A stretch of DNA of 64,000 nt from a virus. The translations under genes and the position numbers were made by a program. Positions 1 through 10,296 of this stretch are shown one piece after another; positions within the stretch are counted from its first letter, which is position 1, and each line of letters opens with the position of its first letter. The notes beneath the pieces are model-generated. The model did no database searches. It was given only the letters and a program-made list of their open reading frames with translations, and was not told the origin of the DNA. Location of the stretch: the IMG/VR virus record IMGVR_UViG_3300015024_000001, positions 67,992-131,991 of that record; one strand, written 5' to 3'.

Positions 1-940
1 TTAGAATTTTACGCACAACTTTATCTGTATAAGTACCTTTAGCTGTCTGATTAATTGTACCAGCACCTATCTTCTCTGTATATTCTGTTACTATTTGTTT
101 AGCTTCATTGTTTCTATCTTCTAATTGCATCTGATATCTGTTTGCTATAGGCACAATACGTTTCTGAGCATACCATCTAAAGAAATCCTTATCTTCCTCT
201 AATACTATAGGTGGTGTATTTGTTAATGCATCTTTTCTATTTTGTAGATAGTTAAGTTTCTCTTCTATGGCTCTTTTGATAAGATAATCTTGTGTGTTTG
301 GTTGTCCTTGAATAGCTATCTGTTGTGTGACTGTATTTTGTGCTTGTTGTTGTTGTGTCCCACCTTTTTGTAATTGTTGGTTGATAAGTTTACCAACAGA
401 CTTCACTGTATTACCTGTTTTTAAGCTCTGAAGCTGTTGAGATAGCCCCGTAAGTGTTTGTGTGGCTTGTGTGTTATCAAGAGTCTGAGCTTGTTGTTGT
501 AATGCTTGTAGAGTCTTTGTGTATTGGTTGAGTGTTTTAGCTTGACGTACTACTTGTTGTGATTGTTGTATATCATTTTGTAATTTGTTGATGTCTCTCT
601 GTAGTTTGTCATTAGGATCTAGAGCAAAATCCACCACGGTTTTTTTGTATGAGAACTGGACATCTTCTAGTGCTTTGTAACCATCATTGATACCTAGTGC
701 ATATGAGTCTTGTACTAATGACAATAAGTTTTGACGCATATACATACGTGGATCAGGTGTGTGTGGTTGACCACCAGAGACTAGCTTTGCCGCGTACTGT
801 TCTATTAGTGTAGTTTCATTAGCTGATACACGGTCAGTGTAGTAAGAAGCTAGTGTATCTATTTGTTGTCTTACAACAGCTTTCTCTTCTACGATCTTGG
901 TGAAGTCAGCAAATGACTGTGTTGTGATGTTTGTAATCAT
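1..940 (-). CDS. Gln-rich protein, 3' part runs off the window; possibly a minor head/head-morphogenesis protein
   Basis: ATG at 940-938 (MITNITTQSFADF...). The frame is open in the 5' part and at the window edge. Same strand as terL. Product is inferred from context only. Confidence 0.45.
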   Translation of the reverse strand, partial: MITNITTQSFADFTKIVEEKAVVRQQIDTLASYYTDRVSANETTLIEQYAAKLVSGGQPHTPDPRMYMRQNLLSLVQDSYALGINDGYKALEDVQFSYKKTVVDFALDPNDKLQRDINKLQNDIQQSQQVVRQAKTLNQYTKTLQALQQQAQTLDNTQATQTLTGLSQQLQSLKTGNTVKSVGKLINQQLQKGGTQQQQAQNTVTQQIAIQGQPNTQDYLIKRAIEEKLNYLQNRKDALTNTPPIVLEEDKDFFRWYAQKRIVPIANRYQMQLEDRNNEAKQIVTEYTEKIGAGTINQTAKGTYTDKVVRKIL

Positions 941-1392
941 TCTCTTATTATAGTTGTTTTCGAGTTATAATTAAAATAAAAGCTTATACACCACCACCAT
1001 ATGGTAAAGAAAGGCTTATAGACATACATTCCCACCCTTTGAAACATAAATCGGCTGATATAGAATCAAAATCATCTAATGTTATACCTTCATCTCAAGA
1101 TCTCAGCATGACTAGATCTAAAACCTCTTTAGTTGTATCTCCACAACAAAATATATGTAGGCAGGTATCAAACCAGATATTTATGATGGTACGAAAGGAT
1201 GGCGTAAGAAAGTACGTTCTCATGGTGGAGACTATACAGTAATAACAAAAGGTAAAAACCAATAACTAGAACTTATCATATAACTCTTTATCTATAAGTA
1301 TTCTGTATGCAGCATGGTGACCATAGAAGAGAAGGTAATGCTATAGTGAATATAGTTGAAAAACAAAACATCTTCGTAAAAAAGAAAATACT

Positions 1393-1704
1393 ATGTCTAA
1401 GAAAGAATTTATTCGTGAAGTCCAGTCTGCTTTAGAAGCTGATTATGGCATTGCTTTATCGCTTGATAAGATTCGCTCTGTTATCAGCGCTTATGCTAAC
1501 ACAGTGAACAATCAGTTGGTGAATGGTCAAGAAGTTCGTATTGATGGTGTTGGTTTGTTAGAGATTAGACAGTTCAAAGCGACTGTTGCTCGTAACCTCA
1601 AGACTGGCTCACCTATGTCTGTACCTGCTACACATAGAGTACGTTTTCGTGCTGTACCTACACTTAAGAAAGCTGTTAAATCTTTACCAGTTGTTGCTGT
1701 ATAA
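1393..1704 (+). CDS. hup: HU/IHF-family histone-like DNA-binding protein
   Basis: MSKKEFI start, EVRIDGVG, ARNLKTG..M.VPA..RVRFRA..TLK match the HU arm signature. Confidence 0.9.
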   Translation: MSKKEFIREVQSALEADYGIALSLDKIRSVISAYANTVNNQLVNGQEVRIDGVGLLEIRQFKATVARNLKTGSPMSVPATHRVRFRAVPTLKKAVKSLPVVAV

Positions 1705-1825
1705 TTTTCTGGTATGCTGAGAACTGAACAACGTTGCTCCACAATGCTACTGCTTTAAAAAGCTAAGGCTCAGTATATCACCTTCATTTGTTGTATAATA
1801 AAGTAAGTAATTAAAAGAGGTTTGT

Positions 1826-2119
1826 ATGTCACTTTCGTTATCCGCTATTCTTGAAGCCGTTGTAAGCCGTGCATTGTCACAAGTAGATCCTTCTACTGTA
1901 ACTAATCTACAAAGTCAAGTCACAGATATTACTGCTAAGTATCAAGCTGATGAAGTTACTTTGTCTGATGTTAGTAATGAATTGAAGACTGCCAAAGAAC
2001 AGCTTAGTGTTCAGTCTGCTCGTTTATCTGAACTTGAGCCTGTAGCTTCTGCTTTGTTAGAGATTGCTGCTAAACTTGGTATCGAAGATTCAGCGCATGT
2101 TGTTGCGCCTATTGTTTAA
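1826..2119 (+). CDS. hypothetical coiled-coil protein
   Basis: GAGG RBS, upstream TGTTGTATAAT promoter, heptad pattern, terminator follows. Confidence 0.7.
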   Translation: MSLSLSAILEAVVSRALSQVDPSTVTNLQSQVTDITAKYQADEVTLSDVSNELKTAKEQLSVQSARLSELEPVASALLEIAAKLGIEDSAHVVAPIV

Positions 2120-2142
2120 TTAATATCTTCGTTTTTGTTGTG

Positions 2143-2166
2143 AAGCTGCTTTAGGGCAGCTTTTTT
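2143..2166 (+). terminator. intrinsic terminator between convergent genes
   Basis: AAGCTGCT-TTAG-GGCAGCTT followed by a T run. Confidence 0.75.
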
Positions 2167-2193
2167 ATTCTTTAAAATATAGTAGAGATTTAC

Positions 2194-3804
2194 TTATCTA
2201 AATATAGATCGTATATTATTTACTGAGGCTGAACCTAATACATCAATACGTTCTTTCTGCCAATCGTAAGCTAATTGTGATTGTTGTCTTGCTTTCTCTT
2301 CAAAGGTTAAAGGTGTATTAGTTAATTTATCTAATCTCATATAGACAGAAGATGTAGAGTCAAATTGTACACCCCACAATAAAGCATATACTAAAGCATC
2401 TACTTGGTCATCGTGTTTTCCACGTGGGAATGCTGTTATCTCTTGCACGAAATCACCTAACCATTCAGCTTGCATAGGTAGAAACACACGACTTTCGAGG
2501 AATAAAGGTATAGTTGCCCTAACCCTATTCTCTTTAGAGCCACCATATGTACGTGGCAACAGTATCTCAAAATTACCTATCTCTCGTTTTAACATGGAGG
2601 CTATAGGATCGCCATTACCTCCTTCTAATAGGTGTGATACAATATGTGGATAAGCATTGTCGTACTCACGAATCATATTGAGTTGTCGTGGAGTATCAGC
2701 TTTTTCACGCTTGATATCAATAACGTAGAAAGAAGAATCTGACTTACCCATAAGTAAACCTACACTATAGTCATTATTCTCACCTTCTTTAAGAGCAAAG
2801 TCCCAACAAGTGTAGTAAGTGTCTATATGAGGTAGATCTGTATAATATTGAAACCATTCTGTTCTTAGTAAATTACCACCCTCTGTTAATGGATTTTGTT
2901 GATACTGAGTTTCCCATGTTGTCAGTCCCGATTTAGCTCGTAAACTTATTACAACTTCAGGTGGGAATCTGACAGGATCAAGTACATCACCATCTTTCTT
3001 TCTACGGTCATGGAATCCTATAGGGGAGAAGAATGTTTTCTTAGAGTTAAATAACATAGGTAGGTTAAGGTGAAAGACAGATTCTCTTTCATTGTCAAGT
3101 ACATAACCTGATAAATCATTCTCCCCTAATCTTTGTTGTACAATTAAAAATTTACCACTAGACTGATCATCAAATCGAGATGGTAGTACTGTTCTATAGA
3201 AGCTGTTTACTTTTTCAAGCTCTGTTGAAGATGAACCATTAGCATCTGAAGGGTCATCAAGTATCTGAATATCAGCACCATGTCCAGTTACTTTGTTAGA
3301 ACGAGGTGTTGATGCAAAGAACTCACCACCTTCTTCAAGTTTAAACCACTCACCTGTATTCTTTGTTTTACTTAGAGAGAACTTGTAATGTAGAGGGTCT
3401 TCTTGGTTACACCATCTATCTTTATACCAAGGTTCATTCAATAACCCACGTATATTGTCTATGTTCTCCATATACAAACCGCTACTATGTGTTATATGAA
3501 TAACTTGCCATTTAGGGTTCTGTATGAATTGCCAAGCTGTACTACCAACAGTAGCAATAAGAGTTTTAGTATGTCTAGGTGGTATATTGATCACCATATT
3601 AGAAGGTAATGCAGATTTAGCTTTTAGAAATTCCTGTAGATGTTCACATAAGCAACCTAAGTGCCAATTATCACTGATAGGTTTGTTTGACATATACTGC
3701 CAACTAGCTTTAATAAATACATATAGCGATTTCTCCGCAGCTTCATAGATGCGTTCCTGCATGAGAGATTCATAATCTTGTAATGCACGGTCTTTATTAG
3801 CCAT
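2194..3804 (-). CDS. terL: terminase large subunit
   Basis: INIPPRHTKT Walker A, ILDDP Walker B, QYQQNP, WDFA and FPRGKHDDQVDA nuclease motifs. Confidence 0.95.
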   Translation of the reverse strand: MANKDRALQDYESLMQERIYEAAEKSLYVFIKASWQYMSNKPISDNWHLGCLCEHLQEFLKAKSALPSNMVINIPPRHTKTLIATVGSTAWQFIQNPKWQVIHITHSSGLYMENIDNIRGLLNEPWYKDRWCNQEDPLHYKFSLSKTKNTGEWFKLEEGGEFFASTPRSNKVTGHGADIQILDDPSDANGSSSTELEKVNSFYRTVLPSRFDDQSSGKFLIVQQRLGENDLSGYVLDNERESVFHLNLPMLFNSKKTFFSPIGFHDRRKKDGDVLDPVRFPPEVVISLRAKSGLTTWETQYQQNPLTEGGNLLRTEWFQYYTDLPHIDTYYTCWDFALKEGENNDYSVGLLMGKSDSSFYVIDIKREKADTPRQLNMIREYDNAYPHIVSHLLEGGNGDPIASMLKREIGNFEILLPRTYGGSKENRVRATIPLFLESRVFLPMQAEWLGDFVQEITAFPRGKHDDQVDALVYALLWGVQFDSTSSVYMRLDKLTNTPLTFEEKARQQSQLAYDWQKERIDVLGSASVNNIRSIFR

Positions 3805-3834
3805 ATATTTTTAGCTAAAGTCCACTAATAAAAG

Positions 3835-4599
3835 TCATTTGCCAAACCTCAATAACTCTCTGATTTTTGCTATAAATCTAAAACGTTCAGATTTTGTACG
3901 CTTGGTAAGAAGATTATACATTGTATCTAATTTTGTCCCAAGTGTATTATATGTATTTTCTGACCATACTTTATCAAACTGTTCAAGAGAAGCATATTGA
4001 ATTACAACAGCACCATAGGGTTGTTTAGTATCTTCATCTTTTAGCACACGTATGTAATGACCAAACATACCTGTATCTAGTATAAAATTCTTATGTTTAC
4101 GGCTTATGATAGCATTATGTAAATGTACATGTATAAATTCTTTATCAGCCCCAAGACTTTTATAGAGATTGTAATCACTTTCTGTAAGTACTGATGGTAC
4201 TAGAATTTCACGTAGTTCTTTAATAATAGGTTTAATACCTACTCGTGTAGCTTCTGACATAGCACTAAGACGTTTCCAATGATATACCGTATTTGATACA
4301 CCATTATGTAAAAAAAAGAAAACAACACGATCAGCATTGGTTATTTCACGCATTTCTACAGCGAGGTCATCCATAGCATCAATAATAGATATGTCAATAC
4401 GATCAAGAGCAGTAAGAGCTATGTTAAGACTCTTAGTACTTGATTCAATAAGTTCTTTAACTTTAACAACACACAGTAAAGCTAATAATACTGTATTTAA
4501 AGATGCTGTTGGTATTGTTATATGAAGACCAAATGCTTCAATAGTAGGTAAGTAATCAGGTTTGATTTCTATAATGGGTTTGTTGATATCTGTTTGCAT
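3835..4599 (-). CDS. membrane-anchored hypothetical protein, possibly holin-like with a GAF-like domain
   Basis: N-terminal hydrophobic helix and ADRVVFFFLHNG segment; function is inference. Confidence 0.4.
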   Translation of the reverse strand: MQTDINKPIIEIKPDYLPTIEAFGLHITIPTASLNTVLLALLCVVKVKELIESSTKSLNIALTALDRIDISIIDAMDDLAVEMREITNADRVVFFFLHNGVSNTVYHWKRLSAMSEATRVGIKPIIKELREILVPSVLTESDYNLYKSLGADKEFIHVHLHNAIISRKHKNFILDTGMFGHYIRVLKDEDTKQPYGAVVIQYASLEQFDKVWSENTYNTLGTKLDTMYNLLTKRTKSERFRFIAKIRELLRFGK

Positions 4600-4607
4600 A
4601 TTTTTGT

Positions 4608-5330
4608 TTAAGTTGTTCCTTCGAGTAGTGTAGGTTGTGCAGCTGCAAGTATGTTTTGTAGATGAGCAAGACGATCAGATATAGCCTTGGTGTCCACAGT
4701 TTTCTTGGGTGGCAAAGCTCTGTTTTTATACTGTTGCAAATCTTTAACCATATCTTTCTCCACAAGTGCTGTACGTGACTTAACAACTTGCTGTGACAAC
4801 GTGTGTAGGTCTTTGCCTATAGCTAGTAAGTCTTTGAGTTCGCGGATGTCAATAGTTTCGTCATCATCTAAGGCGCGGTCTGTATCATATGCTTCTATGA
4901 CACTATCGTATTTGGTTAGTGCCATCTTGTAGATCTTGTTGAGTTTGTTGGTGGCTATCATAGCTTGTGTGTCAGCTATAGCACCTTCGTGGAGATATAT
5001 GTTGAGTGCAGTGTTCTCAGCATTTTCTTGTAGACGTGCTTTGTATGTTGCTCGTTGGAGCGACCACTTCTCTTTGCCACTTCGCCTTTGTACTAATGGG
5101 TAGTAAGCTTTGTGGATATCTGCAAGTTCTTTGACAGTGTAGTCTGTTATTGCTGATGTACCATCATCGTGCAATATACGCTTACCTATTATATACTGCG
5201 CTCTTATTTGTTCATATGGTATCTTCTTACGAGGCTTGGGGGTGCTAGATGTAGGGTCATCTAGATAAACAAAGTCATCCTCGTTATCTTCCTCTACCTT
5301 TTCTTGAAACTCTTCATGTAGGTCTGTCAT
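4608..5330 (-). CDS. putative terminase small subunit
   Basis: HTH-like N-terminal part (YTVKELADIH...RRSGKEKW), helical, upstream of terL. Confidence 0.55.
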   Translation of the reverse strand: MTDLHEEFQEKVEEDNEDDFVYLDDPTSSTPKPRKKIPYEQIRAQYIIGKRILHDDGTSAITDYTVKELADIHKAYYPLVQRRSGKEKWSLQRATYKARLQENAENTALNIYLHEGAIADTQAMIATNKLNKIYKMALTKYDSVIEAYDTDRALDDDETIDIRELKDLLAIGKDLHTLSQQVVKSRTALVEKDMVKDLQQYKNRALPPKKTVDTKAISDRLAHLQNILAAAQPTLLEGTT

Positions 5331-5494
5331 CGTTTATCTTTCGCTAAATAGGATCTAAAATACTCTGTATATGTTAGTTCTTGATCTTTACAGATACGAT
5401 CAAGTTTTGTTAGTTGGGATTCCGTAAGGTTAATCTTTACTCGATGTTCATATTTCTGTGAGGGTAGTTTCTTAGGTCTACCTATATGTGACAT
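5327..5494 (-). CDS. ribbon-helix-helix (CopG/Arc-like) DNA-binding protein, 55 aa, not in the ORF track
   Basis: MSHIGRPKKLPSQKYEHRVKINLTESQLTKLDRICKDQELTYTEYFRSYLAKDKR; its stop overlaps the next ATG (ATGA). Confidence 0.75.
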   Translation of the reverse strand: MSHIGRPKKLPSQKYEHRVKINLTESQLTKLDRICKDQELTYTEYFRSYLAKDKR

Positions 5495-5857
5495 AATTTT
5501 GCACTTGTGTAAGTTAGATCTGTAATTTAATTATAACCCAAGATTGTGTGTAAAACAATAACAAATAAGAGGCGACAAGCTGTAGTATATGGTGGTTAGA
5601 TTTACTTTACAGTACAGCCTCCCAGCGTAACAAATACGAAATTTATACGAATAACCTTCCGTTAAGCTTTGTAAAGCTAATAGAACCGCGCTTAATAAAA
5701 CGTTACAATCGCTATGACCATTAACACACCTTGATCCTAGACTTCTATCTGTTTGATCTTCTATCTGTTTAGACCTGCATTATTTATCTATTAAGTAAAA
5801 TAGAGTCTCTAGCGTCATATGTGCTAGAGCTTACCCATTAATTAGGACAGACCCAAA

Positions 5858-6724
5858 ATGACTAACTTGCAAGCTATTTCTGATGTATTAACAAAGATTT
5901 CGATTTCTATCGAAATCTTTGTTAATACAAAGGCATATCATCTATTAGCGGATATGCCTGCCGATCTTTCTCTCAAGCAGTTCATTGTTGCTAAAGACAA
6001 TGGATGTCGTTTAGCGGGTACACAAAGCCTATTTCGCTCTTGTGAAGTCATTGCTGACTTCACATTGCCTGCCAAGTTTGCCAAGCCTGCCAAGCCTGCC
6101 AAGCCAGAAGCTTTCACTGGCAAGGCTAAAAATGACTATTACGAATTGTTGGAGGTTTGGAGCGACTGGGATTTGACACCAGAAGCAACAATGAACGCTG
6201 AGATCGATCTCAGCGCGACTCGAATATTGCGAGACGACCTCATCCGCAAGGGTCGTAATTTGCAGCGATGCATCGCGTTCGTTCGGTCTTTCGATGCCTC
6301 TATGTTTGAAACTAATGAAGAGTTAGATCTTCATGAGTTATCAGAAAGTACACGGCAGAAAATCCTCAGTGTGTATCGCTCAGCATTTACCGCAAACCCT
6401 AACCTTTTGTTGCAGGGAAGCGCTGTTGATCTTCTTGCAAAAGATCAACTTTGTAATCTTGACAGCGTGGAGGGCATTGATCGGATCATTACAATCAAAA
6501 ATGCGTACCCTAGCGCAGCATACGGTTTTATAAACCGCGAACTTTTGGGGCTGGCGTTACATTCCGTGAGGGAAGAGTGTAACGGTCTTACGTTGCTGAG
6601 GATTGCCTCAAGGCTTGACACACATCTAGGAGGAAGCAAAAATGCGACCTCTATTCTCGCTAATCTTAGGATGCTAGTATCAGGTTTAGCACCTAGTAAA
6701 GGTAAGAAGGCTGCCGCGCAATAG
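5858..6724 (+). CDS. hypothetical protein with AKP tandem repeat
   Basis: 288-aa ORF, AGGAC leader, GCCAAGCCT repeats at ~6070-6106, visibly GC-richer than its neighbours. Confidence 0.7.
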   Translation: MTNLQAISDVLTKISISIEIFVNTKAYHLLADMPADLSLKQFIVAKDNGCRLAGTQSLFRSCEVIADFTLPAKFAKPAKPAKPEAFTGKAKNDYYELLEVWSDWDLTPEATMNAEIDLSATRILRDDLIRKGRNLQRCIAFVRSFDASMFETNEELDLHELSESTRQKILSVYRSAFTANPNLLLQGSAVDLLAKDQLCNLDSVEGIDRIITIKNAYPSAAYGFINRELLGLALHSVREECNGLTLLRIASRLDTHLGGSKNATSILANLRMLVSGLAPSKGKKAAAQ

Positions 6725-6808
6725 CTAATACACATAGAAAGAAAGTAACTTTCTTTCTATGTTTTCTTTCTATGTTTTCTTTCTAACTAACCTATCCTGC
6801 AAAAGCCA

Positions 6809-7105
6809 ATGTATAAAGCTAAAATCACAATCGCTGTATCTTTTTCACTTTTCGCACAGTCTAAAAACTATCTAGATGATACTGTACCGTATTACAAGTA
6901 TGAGTCTAATGGCTTAACGACAGTACATGTATTTGGTCAAACTATGCAAGAGATTTTAACTCATTCTGTATTCACATTCACTGGTTTTTCAAACATTCTA
7001 GAAGTGTTTATTACTTTTGAGGGCGAATATGATGAAGATACACAACCTAAACCTAAACACACTATGCAAGGTATAGAAGACAGTTCTAACTCTTGGGACT
7101 TATAA
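6809..7105 (+). CDS. hypothetical protein
   Basis: ORF followed by terminator AACAGCCTAG..CTAGGCTGTT-T run (7128-7160). Confidence 0.65.
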   Translation: MYKAKITIAVSFSLFAQSKNYLDDTVPYYKYESNGLTTVHVFGQTMQEILTHSVFTFTGFSNILEVFITFEGEYDEDTQPKPKHTMQGIEDSSNSWDL

Positions 7106-7177
7106 CTAACCCGAGATCATCACACATAACAGCCTAGTTTAATCGCTAGGCTGTTTTTTTATGTCTTGGCATAGATA

Positions 7178-7231
7178 CACTGTTTCGCTCTTACAAGCTC
7201 ATCAGGCAGCACAGTATATGCTGCGACAGTG
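7178..7231 (-). ncRNA. hammerhead ribozyme, type III
   Basis: Minus strand reads CACTGT C GCAGC-ATATACTGT-GCTGC CTGATGA GCTT-GTAA-GAGC GAA ACAGTG: full core, three stems, GUC cleavage triplet. Confidence 0.92.
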
Positions 7232-7275
7232 GAACATAGAAAAGAAGTTGTTAGTTTCTCTTCTATGTTAGTGGG

Positions 7276-7632
7276 TTACAACATATTGTAACCACACTCT
7301 TTGATATGTTCCACTGTCGTACTTTGCAGAAGTGCAAAGTTATATAGGTCGTCAAAACTACCAACAGTAGTAGCTTCATACTCTTCTTCTGTGAGAAGAG
7401 TAACTTCTGTAATCCCCCAATCCAATGCGGCATTGTTAGTACCATTAGGACTTAACAAACAATGCTGCTGAAAGATAAAGGCTGTGACCCACTCTTTCGT
7501 AGGATACTGAGAGGAACAACAGACAAGCCATGTATTGTCATACTGCTGATGCCACCATTTTATAATGGCATAGGCTCGTGACGGTAGGGCTTGTTTAGCC
7601 AAATAAACTACCTGTGAATCTTTCTTAGCCAT
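7276..7632 (-). CDS. hypothetical protein
   Basis: ORF with CAGGACAAAAA leader; hammerhead lies downstream. Confidence 0.7.
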   Translation of the reverse strand: MAKKDSQVVYLAKQALPSRAYAIIKWWHQQYDNTWLVCCSSQYPTKEWVTAFIFQQHCLLSPNGTNNAALDWGITEVTLLTEEEYEATTVGSFDDLYNFALLQSTTVEHIKECGYNML

Positions 7633-8529
7633 TCGATTTTTGTCCTGTGAAATTATCTAATTATAACGGTTTACAGTCATTAATAGCCAATAACTTAATA
7701 AATCTTAACATAAGCATATCTTACAAAATTCATTAAATTATCGGCTAATTTTCGTGTAAGTTAATAATCTTGCACTACCTCGACATTAGGCAGTAGATTC
7801 TGAATAACTTGAAGAGAACCACAACTAAAAAACTGAATCTGATTGGTATCATCAGTAGCAAGATCGATAAGCAGCTGATTCAAATTTAAAACTACTCTGT
7901 TGTCTGTTAACACAAAAACAACAGAGTCAGATTCAGTGTAATTCTGAAAAAGTGATTAGAATCGAGATAGAACAAGATCCAGCCGATCTGTTACCTAAGC
8001 CTAGACACACTATGCAAGGTATAGATAGATGTGATGATGATGATCTAGACTATTTTGATGATGATGTTGATAACCAGATCGATGTATAAACCTTATATAC
8101 ACGTTAGCTTATCCCTAGCGTGTTTTTTATGTGCCTAACGTCACAAGGCTGCCTATAGCTAACAACACACGTCATACAGCGATCATGGTTAACACACTAT
8201 GATCGTATATGCCATATACGATCATCAGACTGTATTTATTAAGCGCTTAGAACGTAATATATAAGGCTGCCATAGAAAAGAAGTAAAGTGCTATTTTTTA
8301 TTACATTGATATTTTGAATTAACCGATCTAAGCATAAGATGTAAGAAAAGCTAGCAAGGTAGTTTTAGTTTACTAGGTAGTTTTTTATTTTTTATGTAGC
8401 GGGATTTTTTTTAATTTTTTGCTTGCCGCTATGATTACTATTTTTCTGTAACTGTTTTATAGCATTATATTATCAAAAAGCTAGAATATGTTAAGATATA
8501 CATAGATAGAATTAACATAAAATTAGAAC

Positions 8530-10296
8530 ATGAAAATAATAGCACCAAGTAATTCACTCTACTGCTCAGACTTTATGGTAGATGTTCCACTAGGTATTGT
8601 AGATAAAAAGCTCTGCGGCTGCGGCTTAACTTCGGTAGCTTTAGAGAATAATAAACCTACAATCATCTGTGTTCCTAACACTGAAGTTATATTGAACAAA
8701 GTAGGGCAATATCCCAATAACCGTAGAAAGGAAAGTGTGCTAGGTGTATATGCAGGTGTTGATGTGCAAGCAAAACTACCTACTTATCTTGCCACTGCTG
8801 CTGTACCTAAAATCATGGTAACGTATGACAGCTTCTGGCGGTTGATGCCTTATGTAGATGATAGTTGGGTATTCATAGTGGATGAGTTCTCGGATCTTCT
8901 AGATGTTTACAACTACCGTGATAAAGCTGTACGTCGTCTGCTCAAGGACATTAAGAACTACACTAACGTCTCTTATATATCTGCAACACCAATCAAACCT
9001 GAATACTACCCTGATGAATTGATCGGGTTACCTTACACTGAAATCGAATGGCAGGATATTGTGCGTTGTAGTGTGGTACGTAAGCCTACAGCACACCCTT
9101 ATAAAGCGGCAGCAGTAATTATTGCACGGTACATTATGGCAGGCTCTGAAGGTGTAGAGATGCCTAATGGTTACTATAGTAAGTCAGCGTTATTTTTTGT
9201 AAATTCCGTCACAGCTATTAAGCAGTTGATAACCAAGACAAAGCTACATCCATCACAGGTACGTATTATCTGCGCTGATACTGATGATAACCGTAGGAAG
9301 TTAGGGCGCAAGTATAAGATACAAACTGCGTTAGATCCTGAGCCATTGATTACTTTCACTACATCTAAAGCTTTCAAAGGTAGTGATTATTATTCAGAGA
9401 CAGGTGTAGTTTATATTGTTTCTAACACACATAACATTAATACACTAATAAGTATTGATACTGACGCAGTTCAAATCAGTGGCAGAATCCGTACACTAAG
9501 CAATCCTTTTAGACACGTTATTTTTCATATCTACAATACAGACCCTTCTCTTCTATGTGAGGAGGATTTCAACGCCCTTGTAGCTAAAAAGATAAGTACT
9601 ACTGATGCGTTGTTATCTGGCTTTTCACGTCTGGTAACTTATGAAGAGAAAGCAGGTTATGTTAATCTCTATAAGACACAACATGAGGAAGCTAAAGATG
9701 ACCACTACGTTATGGTTGATGACCATGATACACCTTTCTTTAACCGCTACATGATTAAGAATGACCGTAGGCGATGGGAGACAAGTCATCTGGTGTATGT
9801 GGAAGGTAGTGCTATTAGACAAGCTTACCTACAAGCTGGTTTTGATGCACCTTCTGGTGAACATATACCATCTACTAAGTTTACAGAGGAATTTTTAGAT
9901 CGTTTAACTACTATGGACTTCAAAGAGAAATGTCTGGAGTTCATTGACAAGAAGGAAGAGGTAGAGGGTTATTTTACTGACTACGCTCCCGATATCCGTG
10001 ATGCTTATAATCTACTAGGTGTTAAAAAAATGAAAGCTTTAGGTCTTAATCCTACTAGAATTAAACATGCTCTAGCAGATGCAAGACCAGAAATCCAACA
10101 AGATCTACATGAGACTGTACATGCAGAATTTCAACCTAATAACTTCTATACACTCAAGGATATTAAAGATAAACTGCAAACTATATACGACCAACTCCAA
10201 ATGCACAAAAAGGCTAAGGCTACAGATCTATCGCAATGGTTTGTCACAGCACAAAAGAAAGCAGATGGCACGAATGGTTTATATATAACTACCTAA
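8530..10296 (+). CDS. SF2 helicase-like protein (possible origin-binding protein)
   Basis: GCGLTS (degenerate Walker A), IVDEF, ISATP, FFVNSV, QISGRIR motifs. Confidence 0.75.
   Translation: MKIIAPSNSLYCSDFMVDVPLGIVDKKLCGCGLTSVALENNKPTIICVPNTEVILNKVGQYPNNRRKESVLGVYAGVDVQAKLPTYLATAAVPKIMVTYDSFWRLMPYVDDSWVFIVDEFSDLLDVYNYRDKAVRRLLKDIKNYTNVSYISATPIKPEYYPDELIGLPYTEIEWQDIVRCSVVRKPTAHPYKAAAVIIARYIMAGSEGVEMPNGYYSKSALFFVNSVTAIKQLITKTKLHPSQVRIICADTDDNRRKLGRKYKIQTALDPEPLITFTTSKAFKGSDYYSETGVVYIVSNTHNINTLISIDTDAVQISGRIRTLSNPFRHVIFHIYNTDPSLLCEEDFNALVAKKISTTDALLSGFSRLVTYEEKAGYVNLYKTQHEEAKDDHYVMVDDHDTPFFNRYMIKNDRRRWETSHLVYVEGSAIRQAYLQAGFDAPSGEHIPSTKFTEEFLDRLTTMDFKEKCLEFIDKKEEVEGYFTDYAPDIRDAYNLLGVKKMKALGLNPTRIKHALADARPEIQQDLHETVHAEFQPNNFYTLKDIKDKLQTIYDQLQMHKKAKATDLSQWFVTAQKKADGTNGLYITT

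Noticed and set aside
1456-1467. TTAT followed by CGCTTGAT in the HU gene as a target of the second omegaRNA guide
   Set aside because: Only 7 of the first 8 nt match and the rest diverges; compatible with chance
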